Source: Methanomassiliicoccales archaeon UBA147
GTDB lineage: Archaea > Thermoplasmatota > Thermoplasmata > SG8-5
Length of the DNA: 64,000 nt
Assembly (NCBI GenBank): GCA_002496385.1
Contig: DAJR01000023.1
Location: 3,651-67,650 of the forward strand
Direction of reading: 5' to 3'
Part shown: piece by piece, positions 1 through 6,965 of the stretch
Layout of the letters: each line of letters opens with the position of its first letter
How positions within the stretch are numbered: the first letter of the stretch is position 1
Translations under genes and position numbers: made by a program
Notes under the pieces: generated by a model
The model's database searches: none
What the model was told of the DNA's origin: nothing
Seen by the model: the letters and a program-made list of their open reading frames with translations, nothing else

Positions 1-75
1 CGGCCGATGCAGGGGCTCCAGCACCGGGTTAAGTGTCGGTTTAAACTCCCCCCAGCCCTCACAGGTAGGGCATGG
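1..75 (-). repeat. GC-rich hairpin-forming element, copy A of a ~60-nt repeat (other copy at 58665-58725, opposite strand); runs off the window edge
   Basis: revcomp(51-65)=CCTGTGAGGGCTGGG is identical to 58670-58684. revcomp(21-30)=AACCCGGTGC recurs at 58705-58714 with the same 20-nt spacing. Internal inverted repeats GCACCGG(21-27)/CCGGTGC(84-90) and CCCCCCAGCCCT/AGGGC..GGGGGG. No ORF. Confidence 0.4.
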
Positions 76-391
76 TAGGGGGGCCGGTGCAGTGGCGAGA
101 TTTTCTATAAGGGCACGTTATCGTTTCAATCAATCGAGGACCCCTTTTCTGAAAGATGACATCTACTCTATTTTTTCGATAATTATTCTCTTTCCATCTA
201 TTCTGATGTTCACGTTCTCCTTTGGTTCGAACGGAAATTGTGAATCTCTGTGGACCGCCGCTGGAATGTATATCATAATTCTGCCTTTGACTTGTTCGTG
301 AATCTTACCTGTCCCTTCCAAGGCCATTATAACACCCAATTGTAGGTATGAAATGTTGTTATTTGAAAGGAAATAATTACAAATTATAGTT

Positions 392-410
392 AGAAAACAT
401 ATTTATATTA
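392..410 (+). promoter_or_regulatory. AT-rich TATA-like box (atatttatattatatagc) ~35 nt upstream of the 441 start
   Basis: Archaeal TATA-like sequence followed by a GGAG-like motif (aggtgtaggag) just before the ATG at 441. Confidence 0.25.
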
Positions 411-440
411 TATAGCTAGTTTAGGTGTAGGAGATACACT

Positions 441-1241
441 ATGGTAGGGACATGGAATAAAAGAGAATTGATTCGGAATACCTTGTTTTGCACATTATGC
501 ATTGTTTTTTTACTGCTATCCATACTTCCACAATCAGTACTTGCAGACACCTGCCCAACATGTTATGGAGACGGTACGGTAGATAGAACATGCACAACGT
601 GTGGTGGCGACGGGATAATTACTCAAGATTATTCTTACACAGAAGTTGAGGAAAATGCCTGGATTAGTGGGATCATAAACAAATATGTAAATGTAGATGT
701 AACGGTAATGAATAATGAATACTCGGCAGGAACCTTCATTCTTCAGGTAACCGCATATGATGACGACGGAAACACATACACAGGTTCCAAATCAGAAGCT
801 ATTAGTGGTGGAACGATGAAAAAAATTAGCGTCGTTATACAGGTTCCTGGAAATTTATTTAGCTCAAGCTCATTTAGATATACCGCATCAATAGATCCGC
901 CGACGAAAAGCATATCATGCACTGCATGTGGCGGTGATGGTACAATTGATTCAATCTGTACTACCTGCGGTGGTGATGGTGAGGTATCTGGTTCAACATG
1001 GGATGACGATCCATATGACTCTTATGGTGAGGATACGGATTGGGAACCTATACTTTGCATCTCAGGAATTATTCTAGTGATTGTCATAATTGCTAGTGTT
1101 GCATATGCCGCCACACGAAAAAAGAATACCAACGTACCACCGCCTCCACCCGTCCAACAAAATGCCTCGCAGAGATATTGCGCAGGATGTGGAAGAATTA
1201 TTCCGCCAGACAGTATTATGTGCCCGTATTGTGGAAGATAA
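441..1241 (+). CDS. Membrane-anchored protein with two pairs of DnaJ-type CxxCxGDG zinc-finger motifs flanking a beta-rich domain, one TM helix, Pro-rich linker and C-terminal CxxC..CxxC zinc ribbon
   Basis: N-terminal hydrophobic segment (LFCTLCIVFLLLSIL). Motifs CPTCYGDG, CTTCGGDG, CTACGGDG, CTTCGGDG; TM ILCISGIILVIVIIASVAYAA; PPPPPV; CAGCG..CPYCG. The gene is markedly AT-rich relative to the rest of the window. Confidence 0.6.
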   Translation: MVGTWNKRELIRNTLFCTLCIVFLLLSILPQSVLADTCPTCYGDGTVDRTCTTCGGDGIITQDYSYTEVEENAWISGIINKYVNVDVTVMNNEYSAGTFILQVTAYDDDGNTYTGSKSEAISGGTMKKISVVIQVPGNLFSSSSFRYTASIDPPTKSISCTACGGDGTIDSICTTCGGDGEVSGSTWDDDPYDSYGEDTDWEPILCISGIILVIVIIASVAYAATRKKNTNVPPPPPVQQNASQRYCAGCGRIIPPDSIMCPYCGR

Positions 1242-1253
1242 TCGGCATAATTA

Positions 1254-1796
1254 TTAAAAATCATCCACCATCACCCTCAGCATGCCCGGCACCGCCCCAA
1301 TCGCCGTCGCCGTCTCCATCGAGATGCCTTTCTGAGTTATGTCCAGGTGGTATTTTCCGATTTTGAAAATATCCTTGGGCAACCCATGCGGGCCCAGCCC
1401 GAACAGCAGGAGGACTGATTGTCCACTTTTCACCATGTCGGCCACCTTCCTCGGGGTCACCGAGCACCCCGGCTCCGGTTTCCTGGTGGTGATGATGACC
1501 TCGCCGAACTGCGGGGGAAATCCTTTGGCCGGTTTATCGAAGATTGAAAATCGCCCTGCCTTGGCCAGCTCAATCAAATATTCCCCCCCATCCCCGATCG
1601 TGGTGGTTGTCGAAAGCCACTCGACAATTTCCTGGGGCGTGCGCATTTCCTTCTCATAAGGGAATCCGAATGTGGCAAGGTTGCAGCCGAATGCGAGGGC
1701 CACAGGTCCGGACCTGGCCAGCACCCGGCGGTGCGCCTCGCGAAACTTGTTGGGGTCATAGGTGTTGTAGAGTCCGATCGTCATCCTTCCGGGCAT
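1254..1796 (-). CDS. Conserved hypothetical protein (possibly SPOUT-like fold); start taken at the internal Met of the longer annotated ORF
   Basis: The upstream part of ORF 1254..2426 is antisense to folD and looks spurious. Protein-like sequence begins at MPGRMTIGLYNTYDP. C-terminal SVLLLFGLGPHGLPKD resembles a SPOUT motif-III-like glycine loop. Function not recognised with confidence. Confidence 0.45.
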   Translation of the reverse strand: MPGRMTIGLYNTYDPNKFREAHRRVLARSGPVALAFGCNLATFGFPYEKEMRTPQEIVEWLSTTTTIGDGGEYLIELAKAGRFSIFDKPAKGFPPQFGEVIITTRKPEPGCSVTPRKVADMVKSGQSVLLLFGLGPHGLPKDIFKIGKYHLDITQKGISMETATAIGAVPGMLRVMVDDF

Positions 1797-1847
1797 GAGG
1801 CACCCCATTCCCAATGTTAAAATAGACTTTTCTCCTATTCCGGCGGG

Positions 1848-2744
1848 ATGACGGCGAAGATCATTGATGGAAAGGACACCGCCCAGGAAATCATGGAGGG
1901 GCTGAAGCCACGGATAGGCGCTTTGGTGAAGAAAGGAATATACCCCGGTCTCAGCGTGATAATCCTCGGAGAGGACCCCGCGTCGCTGTCCTATGTGAAA
2001 AGCAAGGGCAAGGCATGCGAGAAACTGGGCATGCGCTCGGAGACCATCATGCTCTCCGAAAAGACAACACAGGCCGACCTCATGACAGTGATTCGAAATC
2101 TCAATGCCAACCCCAAGGTCCACGGCATACTGGTGCAGCTTCCCCTGCCCAAGCATATCGACGAGGACGCCGTCCTGGAAGCCATCGATCCTGAGAAGGA
2201 CGTGGATGGCTTTTCCCCTATCAACATGGGCCGCCTTCTCGCGGGGCGCGATTGTTTCAAGCCATGCACGCCGAACGGCGTCATGGAGCTCATGGCCAGG
2301 CACGGGATCGACCCTGCGGGAAAGCATGCAGTGATACTCGGCCGCAGCAATATCGTGGGCAAGCCCATGGCCGCGCTCCTTGTCCAGAAGAAGAAAGGCG
2401 CCGATGCCACCGTCACCATTTGCCATTCCCGAACAAAAAACATTGCCGCGTTGACGAAGAAAGCAGACATCCTGATTGCAGCCATCGGCCGCCCCGAATT
2501 CGTGAAGGCTGCCATGGTGAAGAAAGGCGCCGTCGTGATAGACGTGGGGATAAATCGCGTCGAAGATAAAGCGGCGGAGAAGGGCTACAGGCTGGTCGGC
2601 GATGTGGATTTTGAAGCGGTCAAGGACGTGGCGAAGGCCATCACCCCAGTCCCGGGCGGCGTCGGCCGCATGACGATCGCCATGCTCATGCTCAACACAG
2701 TCCAGGCTGCCGAGAATCTGTCAGGCAGGAATCGCGGGCTATAA
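1848..2744 (+). CDS. folD: Bifunctional 5,10-methylene-tetrahydrofolate dehydrogenase/cyclohydrolase
   Basis: Full-length similarity to FolD: KVHGILVQLPLP, DVDGFSP.NMGRLL, GRSNIVGKPMA, PVPGGVGRMT. Confidence 0.9.
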   Translation: MTAKIIDGKDTAQEIMEGLKPRIGALVKKGIYPGLSVIILGEDPASLSYVKSKGKACEKLGMRSETIMLSEKTTQADLMTVIRNLNANPKVHGILVQLPLPKHIDEDAVLEAIDPEKDVDGFSPINMGRLLAGRDCFKPCTPNGVMELMARHGIDPAGKHAVILGRSNIVGKPMAALLVQKKKGADATVTICHSRTKNIAALTKKADILIAAIGRPEFVKAAMVKKGAVVIDVGINRVEDKAAEKGYRLVGDVDFEAVKDVAKAITPVPGGVGRMTIAMLMLNTVQAAENLSGRNRGL

Positions 2745-2784
2745 GTTTTTAAACCCCGAAATCCATATACCATCGGGGCGAATA

Positions 2785-3132
2785 ATGGCAGATATGCGTC
2801 TTAAGGTTGTGGCTAGCAGCATCGACGGAAAAGGCATCGCAAAGCTGGACAGCGACAGCTGCCGCTCGCTGAAACTCGGGGATGGCCAGCAGATCATCGT
2901 TACCTATGGCGCTAAATCCCTGGAGCTTTTTGCGAAGCCGGACACGGTCTTTTCCCCTGCCACCATCCGGCTGATGAAGGTTGACATGAACACGCTGCGG
3001 GTAGAAACCGGCATGGAGGTCACCATTGCCAAGAAGAACGGCAGCGTCCCCGCGGAAAAGCCTGCCAAGGCCCCGAAGGGAAAAGGAAAGAAGAAGTCCA
3101 AGGCCAACGCAGCATCGCTTGACAGGTTCTGA
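2785..3132 (+). CDS. Stand-alone CDC48/VAT N-terminal (double-psi beta-barrel)-like domain protein with Lys-rich tail
   Basis: LKVVASSIDGKGIAKLDSDSCRSLKLGDGQQIIVTYG ... TIRLMKVDMNTLRVETGMEVTI matches the VAT-N pattern (LRV.EA...D.GRGIARID....LG...GD.V.I.G). Tail KAPKGKGKKKSK. Confidence 0.5.
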   Translation: MADMRLKVVASSIDGKGIAKLDSDSCRSLKLGDGQQIIVTYGAKSLELFAKPDTVFSPATIRLMKVDMNTLRVETGMEVTIAKKNGSVPAEKPAKAPKGKGKKKSKANAASLDRF

Positions 3133-3135
3133 ATA

Positions 3136-4188
3136 TTAAACAGTGTCTCCCTTTTTAATGCTCTTCAGGTCGTCTCCGGACCAGTCGTACACAAGGCGCT
3201 TCCTGCCCTTCCAGACTCCCTTCTGGAGAAGGTATCCGACAAGGAGAGGCAAAGCGATGGTCGCTTCCATGTTCACGGTCCGGTGCGTCGCGTCGGTGTG
3301 TACCTTGCCCCAGCTCTGCGCCTCCTCGAGCGTCGAGCCCGAGAGTCCGCCCCAGTGTGGCGAGTCCGTCGTCACCTGGATTGCGTAAGAATGCCCGTCG
3401 ATGCCCCTGTCGAACGTGTAGTTGGCCATGACCACCGCGTCATTCACCCAGTTCTTCGGCGTGCCGCCGCCGATGTATATCGCTGCGGTCTTCTTCGACA
3501 TGGCGATTATCTTGAGTATCTCGTAATTGTCCTTAATGGAGTCCAGCGTGACCCTCTGCTTCTTTAGGTTGTCCTTGTAGTACACCGTGAGGCCGATGCC
3601 GATGGAGGAGTCGTTCAGCGCCGGGGAGAACACCGGGACCCCGTACTTCCTGGCAGTGTGGAGGATCGAACTCTCATCGTCCGTAATGGAGCCCATAAAA
3701 TCGAGGATCTGGCGACTGGAGTAGAGCCCCGGCTTGAGCTTCTTCTCCAGCATCTTTCCGATGTATTTGTCGGTTTTTTCGAACATGTCCTCGTCCACAT
3801 ATGTGTCGTATATCCTGTCGATTTTCAGGTCATGGAGAACCTTGTCGTCCGCTGTCGGCGTGCCGACATAATGCTGACCGCCCATAGCCTGGTAAAAGTC
3901 CTGGTACATCACCGCGCCGGTGCTGGCGATCGCGTCCACAAGTCCATACTTAATCATGTCGCGGATGACCTTCCTCATCCCGCCCGCTATCAGGGCGCCG
4001 GAGAGCCCTACGATTATCGTGGGGCGCTCTTTGTCCATGAGCATTTTCTCCCAGACCCTGGCGCATATCCCCAGGTTGCGGCTCTGTATGCTGCTTCCCT
4101 GGAATGCGGTGACCAGCTGGTCTATTGTCTGGATGCGTTCCATGTCTATCTGGTTGACCGGGGTGCGAAGTATGTCCGACTTCTTCAT
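3136..4188 (-). CDS. dys: Deoxyhypusine synthase
   Basis: DHS family features (IIVGLSGALIAGGMR, IYIGGGTPKNW, HWGGLSGST). Start chosen at MKKSD; the alternative upstream ATG is at 4224. Confidence 0.85.
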   Translation of the reverse strand: MKKSDILRTPVNQIDMERIQTIDQLVTAFQGSSIQSRNLGICARVWEKMLMDKERPTIIVGLSGALIAGGMRKVIRDMIKYGLVDAIASTGAVMYQDFYQAMGGQHYVGTPTADDKVLHDLKIDRIYDTYVDEDMFEKTDKYIGKMLEKKLKPGLYSSRQILDFMGSITDDESSILHTARKYGVPVFSPALNDSSIGIGLTVYYKDNLKKQRVTLDSIKDNYEILKIIAMSKKTAAIYIGGGTPKNWVNDAVVMANYTFDRGIDGHSYAIQVTTDSPHWGGLSGSTLEEAQSWGKVHTDATHRTVNMEATIALPLLVGYLLQKGVWKGRKRLVYDWSGDDLKSIKKGDTV

Positions 4189-4340
4189 GGTAAAAGTCCT
4201 TCCATAAACCATTATCAAACTCACATATTTAGTGTTTATCCAAGTGTAACAAAATTTATTAAACCGCAGAGGCTACTGACCCCGGCCAACCCCGAGAGCG
4301 CAATCATCCGGAATTCTGCGGAAGGGGGCGGAGGTTCATC

Positions 4341-5885
4341 ATGGCATCGGTCAAGAACGCGGTAGGCCGCGAAATCCCAACGGAGCTGGAAGGTCGAAAG
4401 CTGAAGCCCTATCGGGGTCTTTTCAAAACATACCCGAGGGGCAGGAAGGCCGCAGGCTATTTCGGGAGGAACAAACCCGGGGACAGGAAGCTTCTGGAAT
4501 CCATCGATGAGGCGATACACGCATGCAAACTGAAGGACGGCCAGACAGTGAGCTTTCACCATCACCTCAGGGACGGCGATTATGTCGTGAACATGGTGAT
4601 GAAGGCAATCGCTGAGCATGGGCTCAGGGACATGGTGGTCGCACCGTCGGCTCTGTTCCCCTGCCATGAGCCGCTCGTGGAATTGATAGACCAAGGGGTC
4701 ATCCGCAGCATCGAGGGAAGCGTCAACGGTCCCATCGGGGATGCGATTTCCCATGGGCGCATGAAAGGCCTCAACATCCTCAGGTCGCACGGTGGCCGCG
4801 TCAGGGCAATAGAATCCGGCGAGCTCAAGATCGACGTTGCGTTCGTTGGCGCACCGACTGCAGACGCCCAGGGAAACATGAACGCCCTGCACGGGAAGAG
4901 CGCATGCGGGTTCCTGGGATATGCCGTTGCAGACTCCATATTCGCGAAAAAGGTGGTGGCAATAACGGACAATCTGGTGGATTACCCGGCACTTCCGATA
5001 CAGATCGCAGCCGATTACGTGGATTATGTGGTGAGCGTGCCCAGCATCGGGGATAACCAGAAGATAGTCTCTGGCACCACCAAGATCGCCACCGACCCGC
5101 AGAAGACAGGGATTGCAATGGCGGCCCTGGACCTGATGGTTCATGCAGGGATGGTAAAGGACGGAATGTCCTACCAGGCCGGGGCGGGCGGCATATCGCT
5201 CGCCACCACGAAGTTCCTTGGCGACTACATGAAGGCGCACAACATCGTCGCAGCATGGATGGACGGCGGCGTGACCGAGCACCTTATCCAGATACAGAGG
5301 AACGGCAACTGCAAGGCGATCCTCAACGGCCAGAGCTTTGACGTGCTCAGCGTGACAGACATGCTGACCAACCCCAACCATGTCCCGATAACCCCCAACT
5401 ACTATGCCAATCCCTGGAACAAGGGCGCGCTCGTCAACATACTGGACACAGTCGTTCTCGGGGGCACGGAAGCAGACATCGACTTCAACATCAATGTCAA
5501 CACCCATTCCGACGGCAGGCTGCTCCACGGCATAGGCGGGCACCAGGACACGGCAGCCGGTGCCAAGCTATCTATCATGATGATGCCGGTTTTCCGCAAG
5601 ACCAACGCCATCATCCGGGACCGCGTGACTACAGTTTCAGCGCCCCACCATTCAGTCGATGCCATTGTGACCGACCAGGGCATCGCAGTCAATCCAGCCA
5701 GGAAGGACCTGCTGAAGAAGCTCAGGGGCAGCCCGGTGAAGCTGGTGGACATAAAGGAACTTAGAGACATTGCTTACGCTGAGGCCGGAAAGCCCGAAGA
5801 ACCCCATTACCTGGACAGGATCGTTTCCGCGGTCCAGTTCAGGGACGGTACCTATCTCGATGTGATAAGACAGGTGAAGGAGTAA
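4341..5885 (+). CDS. citF: Citrate lyase alpha-subunit homolog (citrate CoA-transferase, CitF family)
   Basis: Collinear with E. coli CitF from memory: GQTVSFHHHLRDGDYVVNMVM, SHGGRVRAIESGELKIDVAFVGAP, DHGIAVNPAR, C-terminal FRDGTYLDVIRQVKE. Confidence 0.85.
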   Translation: MASVKNAVGREIPTELEGRKLKPYRGLFKTYPRGRKAAGYFGRNKPGDRKLLESIDEAIHACKLKDGQTVSFHHHLRDGDYVVNMVMKAIAEHGLRDMVVAPSALFPCHEPLVELIDQGVIRSIEGSVNGPIGDAISHGRMKGLNILRSHGGRVRAIESGELKIDVAFVGAPTADAQGNMNALHGKSACGFLGYAVADSIFAKKVVAITDNLVDYPALPIQIAADYVDYVVSVPSIGDNQKIVSGTTKIATDPQKTGIAMAALDLMVHAGMVKDGMSYQAGAGGISLATTKFLGDYMKAHNIVAAWMDGGVTEHLIQIQRNGNCKAILNGQSFDVLSVTDMLTNPNHVPITPNYYANPWNKGALVNILDTVVLGGTEADIDFNINVNTHSDGRLLHGIGGHQDTAAGAKLSIMMMPVFRKTNAIIRDRVTTVSAPHHSVDAIVTDQGIAVNPARKDLLKKLRGSPVKLVDIKELRDIAYAEAGKPEEPHYLDRIVSAVQFRDGTYLDVIRQVKE

Positions 5886-5889
5886 TCAG

Positions 5890-6960
5890 ATGGCCGAGAA
5901 ATGGGACACCAAGATAACAAGGGTCGAGCCGGACCGCCTGCTGATATACGGCTATCCGCTCAAGGACCTTGTCGAGCGCAAGACCCTCCTGGACGTGGCC
6001 CATCTCCTTGCAGCCGGCGACCTGCCCGACGTGAGGACCCGCGAGCAGTTACGGAAGATTGCACTCCAGGGCGCGATGCTCCCCTCTCCGCCGGTCGAGA
6101 GGAATCCCAAGGAGGACATCTCCAAGAGCCTGGCCAAATGCATCCTGATGGACGAGGAGCTGGTCGCATACCCCGACCGTCCCACCAAGAAGACAGCCTT
6201 CGCACTCGGCAGGATGGCCCGTTACCTTGCCAAACTGAACAATGCCGAATCGGCCATCGCCGATCTAACTGGTGACGAGGCCTTCTCCATAGTCCTATAC
6301 AAGGTTTTCACCGGCCGGCCCGAGACCGATGCCGCCAAAGCAAGGCTTTTGGAGGCGATGATAACGGCATGCGTGGACCACGGCGTCACGCCCCCGTCAG
6401 CCCAGGCGACCATAATCGCATCGTCCACCAGGGCGTCCTTCGAGGTTTGCATAGCCCAGGGCGTCGGCGCCATAACCGATGTTCACGGCGGCGCAGGGAC
6501 CAAAGCCGCAGCTTTCTTCTGGGAATGCACCGAGAACTCGCGCGATGTCAGCCTCAAATCAATAATCGAGGACTATGCCAGGCAGAAGAAGCGCATACCC
6601 GGGTTGGGGCACAGGGTCCACAACAACGACCCCCGGCGCGATGTACTCTGGAATCTGGCAATCGCCTCCAAGGTAGCGGGTGCCAATGTCGAGATGTCAA
6701 GGAACATATCCAGGGTGTTCACCGAGGTCACGGGAAAGAGCCTCCCCATCAATGTCGACGGGGTAATCGGGGCGATCGTGGCCGACCTCCGCCTGGACCT
6801 TTCCGCGGCGAAGTCCGTGTTCATACTCGGCAGGGTGGCGGGCCTATCAGCACACCACTATGAGGAACTCACCCGGCCTCAGATGAGACAGATCTCATTC
6901 GAGGATGCGGTTTACAAAGGCCCCGGCGAAAGGGCGGTGCCCGGGGGGGTATTGTTATAG
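5890..6960 (+). CDS. Citrate synthase-family short homolog (citryl-CoA lyase-like, CCL)
   Basis: Citrate-synthase catalytic signatures GLGHRVHNNDPR and DVHGGAG (cf. G.GHRVY..DPR and HGGANE). At 356 aa it is shorter than a canonical citrate synthase. Confidence 0.7.
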   Translation: MAEKWDTKITRVEPDRLLIYGYPLKDLVERKTLLDVAHLLAAGDLPDVRTREQLRKIALQGAMLPSPPVERNPKEDISKSLAKCILMDEELVAYPDRPTKKTAFALGRMARYLAKLNNAESAIADLTGDEAFSIVLYKVFTGRPETDAAKARLLEAMITACVDHGVTPPSAQATIIASSTRASFEVCIAQGVGAITDVHGGAGTKAAAFFWECTENSRDVSLKSIIEDYARQKKRIPGLGHRVHNNDPRRDVLWNLAIASKVAGANVEMSRNISRVFTEVTGKSLPINVDGVIGAIVADLRLDLSAAKSVFILGRVAGLSAHHYEELTRPQMRQISFEDAVYKGPGERAVPGGVLL

Positions 6961-6965
6961 AGCAG

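Noticed and set aside
92-301. 69-aa plus-strand ORF in AT-rich leader region
   Set aside because: No RBS, low-complexity hydrophobic sequence in a promoter-like AT-rich stretch; probably non-coding.
1797-2426. Upstream 210 codons of the 390-aa minus-strand ORF 1254..2426
   Set aside because: Entirely antisense to the well-supported folD gene, Gly/His/Ala/Arg-rich composition typical of GC-driven shadow ORFs; real gene starts at the internal Met (~1796).
4236-5543. 435-aa minus-strand ORF
   Set aside because: Antisense to citF across its whole length; amino-acid composition (Arg/Val/His/Cys-rich, no motifs) typical of high-GC shadow ORF.
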